64,000 nucleotides of DNA from NCBI GenBank assembly GCA_965112155.1, contig OZ218100.1, one strand, 5' to 3'. The notes below the pieces were generated by a model, which was given only the letters and a program-made list of their open reading frames with translations, was not told where the DNA came from and did no database searches. A program made the position numbers and the translations under genes. This DNA is from Podarcis liolepis (lineage: Eukaryota). Shown here in pieces: positions 61,008 through 64,000 of the stretch; the first letter of the stretch is position 1; every line of letters begins with the position of its first letter.

Positions 61008-64000
61008 GGAAGCAGAATTGGATCAAGATTAGAGTGTTAGACAGAGGATAGTTTAAGTTTTTCCAACTCCATTTTCCAAATGTTTGTGTTTGTGTTATTG
61101 GAGAAAAGCACACTTGGCAATCAGTTTGGTGGTTACTGCAAAGCAGTGGTGTAGTGTGGGAAGCACCAGGTTACCTTCTGCAAAAGCACCAGAACTAAAA
61201 ATATACAGTCATTGGCTCCTAGCTAGGGACAAGATCTTTACAATCTACTTCCAAGATCCACTGTACTTCAGAGAAGTTAAATTGCTGGGTCCCCCCCCCC
61301 CCATAAAACCCACCTGGGAGATTTATTTCATACCTCTTTTTCAGCATAAAAAAACCGACTTTGAAAAGGATGGAGAATGGAGGAAAGACGACACACTGTT
61401 ATACACATCTTTGTCTAATGCTTTAGGGAATGCTACTGTTCACGCAGAAATTAGCAAGGGGGCAAGTATCATTGCCTCTTGCCTCTGGAGACTCAAGTTC
61501 AAATTCTCATTAGTTCACAAATGAAATCATATTTGTTGAGCTCATCTTGGCTGCTGTATGTCCTTATCATTAAAATACAATATGCTTCTACATAATTGGT
61601 TTGGAGAATGAGACACAGAGAATGAAAGTGACAGCCTGGATTTGACTGGGTATCTACCTAAAATAAAATGCAATAGTGTTGTATTCTTGTACCGGCACTG
61701 GATTTAAGGCATGTGGCAGCTATCGCAGATGCAAGGAACACAATCTTCATATAAATCCACCTCTAGCACACCCAGAGCTGTGCAGTTTGCTAAGGTCCTG
61801 CAAACTTCGGAATGCAGAACTAACCTATTGCATACCAATTATATTCTCTCTTTCATGATTTATCTATTAAAATATTCCCAGAAACTGAATTTGCATTTGA
61901 GCTGGCCTGAACCTACACAAAAACGACCATCGCTTTGTGATCCATTATCGACATTAGGGTGGGTGTTGGGGACAGGTCAGCAATAACTCACAAGGTGTCG
62001 GTGAATTTAACTTTTTGTTCAAAGAAACAGAAAACAGCTCAGGTCAAGCGAACATGGCAACTCTTCCCAAATGCCCCAATGAGGGCTGAGTTGTGAGGGC
62101 TGAAGTTTCCACAGTTCCCCAATTCTCCTTCTCCCCTAGATCCTTCTCAAGCATCCTGAGGCTCCTTTGTTTTTTTCTTCTCTTTGATCTGCCCTCTTCA
62201 TTTTTCTTCATGTTCTGGGAAACCAGAGAGGAGGGGAGCTGTTCACAGCAGGAAAAAGGGACACCCTGACTTCTTCAGCAGCCTGCCTGATCTCCGCCTT
62301 TTGCCCTCACCCCCTTTCTCCAGCCTCTGCCTCTGGACTGCTGTCTGCCACATGAATACAGTTAGGGTGGACACAGTGACAATGGCTTGAAGGCGAGAAT
62401 AGGCCTATCACTGGCTGCTAGTAGTGTTGTGGAGGCAGAACAAAGGGAGCCTAGCTCTGGACTTCCAAGGTAACTGAAGAACCTTCCTTCCTCTGACAAG
62501 TGAATTAGGTGATAAAGAGGCTTTCAAGTTTGTGACACAGGAAGTCAGAGAATTCATTCAGCTGAACCCATGAAAAGACTCCTATGTGCATACAGCTTAT
62601 ACATGTGTAGAGTTTCCCAAGGGAACAGGAACCCTGCACAATTAATATACTTTATTGCATGGGAAACCTTATTGACATGTAGCTAAATGAGCATATAACC
62701 CTTTTCATATACATGCAAAAAAACAAAAACAAAAAAACACACCCACAAAAAAGATTTACAGCCAGCAAACACAATCTCATGCATGTTCAACAAACATATC
62801 TAATGTTTTAAGAAATTTTTTAATATAAATATTTGTAGTCAAGTATTCTACCACTTTCCCTATCTTTTGCCCCTGACTTGACTCCATTCGATTTAACTTA
62901 AATTAAAGACAAATATTCTCACAACAATCTTTTTGATAAGACTGGAAGGAAAATGTTACACTGTCACCTTAAGCTTGTTACTTCCTTTCCTAATAAGAAA
63001 CTGCTTAGAAAACATTTTAAAATATTATGTATATTGTGTGTATTTATACATACACCTCCATATGTGGCTATTTTTCTAGAATATGTTTAAATAGCAACAG
63101 AATTAAGCTGATTGTTAGAATAACAGACAACACAACAGGGGGGAAATCATGAATGGATGAACAGAAATCATTTATATTCTATCATCTTCCACCTTATCCA
63201 GACCTACAGCTCTTTTAGAGCAATTACTTTTAATGTATTCATCACTGACAAAATGCAATTATTTCTAAAAGTGTATCCAGAACAAAACAAACAACCTCAC
63301 TTATTTGCATGCATGAGAGGATAAAAGAGCTTAGGAATTAAGGAACTGCTCCATTGATTCTCCTGAATGTGTGTAACAATTCTGCAGAAGAACAAGTGAA
63401 GTAATGTAAGATAGGAGACTGAATAACGCAAGAGAAGGCATTCTAAAATGTTTATGTAGAGTGCATAATCATCAATTAAATTGAGAATGTAAATAAGTAC
63501 CAAAATGTTAATTAAAACAGGAGAGAAAATAAACACACATTTTTTGCAAATTTTTTTTGTTTCTTTATCAAGACAGATGTGCATATTTAAAGCTGTTGGT
63601 ACCTGTATTTGTTTGGAGCTGGGATGGTGGTATTATGATTGTGTACGGTAATCTGTGAGATGGATTTTGTGATGGACACGATTGTATTACACAATTAACA
63701 AGCTGATCCTATTGTATTTTCTCAGAAGAAAGTTCTAGTTATTTCAACAGAATTTGCTTCCAAGTAGAAGCTGAATTATGTGTGATAGGATGTTTCAAGA
63801 GAGATACTTAATATAGAGAGTAGACTTCACAGGAACAAGGATTTTATTTATTAGATTTATATACCATCCTTCACCACAAGGATATATAGTGGAATAGTTT
63901 GTGCTTTAATGTAAGGGTGTAGATTAAAATTCCAAGCATACCTGACTAGAAGGCATTAGTTGGTAAGTGTACTTGGGATTGGATCTAAATCTTGGCCTAG

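Overview
Vertebrate genomic DNA, very probably a squamate (lacertid-type lizard, inferred from Sauria SINEs, BovB, CR1, L2 and MITE content). The host gene is EYS (eyes shut homolog) on the minus strand, with two coding exons: 34764-34011 (start codon, phase-1 donor) and 24075-23962 (114-nt EGF exon). The intron between them carries, antisense to EYS, a complete and apparently young 7.2-kb tyrosine-recombinase retrotransposon of the Ngaro group (24503-31712). It has split direct repeats A1-[ORFs]-B1-A2-spacer-B2 and intact gag, RT/RNase H, tyrosine recombinase and SGNH hydrolase ORFs. Inside this element I see several features worth testing: (1) the hydrolase looks like a spliced exon, probably fused to Gag; (2) the B repeat is a ~290-nt multi-stem RNA domain closed by a 13-bp helix just before the poly(A) signal; (3) the unique A2-B2 spacer folds into a branched RNA and sits between a duplicated promoter and a duplicated poly(A) signal, so it could be a separate ~550-nt non-coding RNA; (4) the recombination junction is a palindrome with a 2-bp AA overlap. 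The rest of the window is intron or upstream sequence rich in SINE, LINE, MITE and LTR fragments. All calls were made by eye; no searches or folding programs were run.
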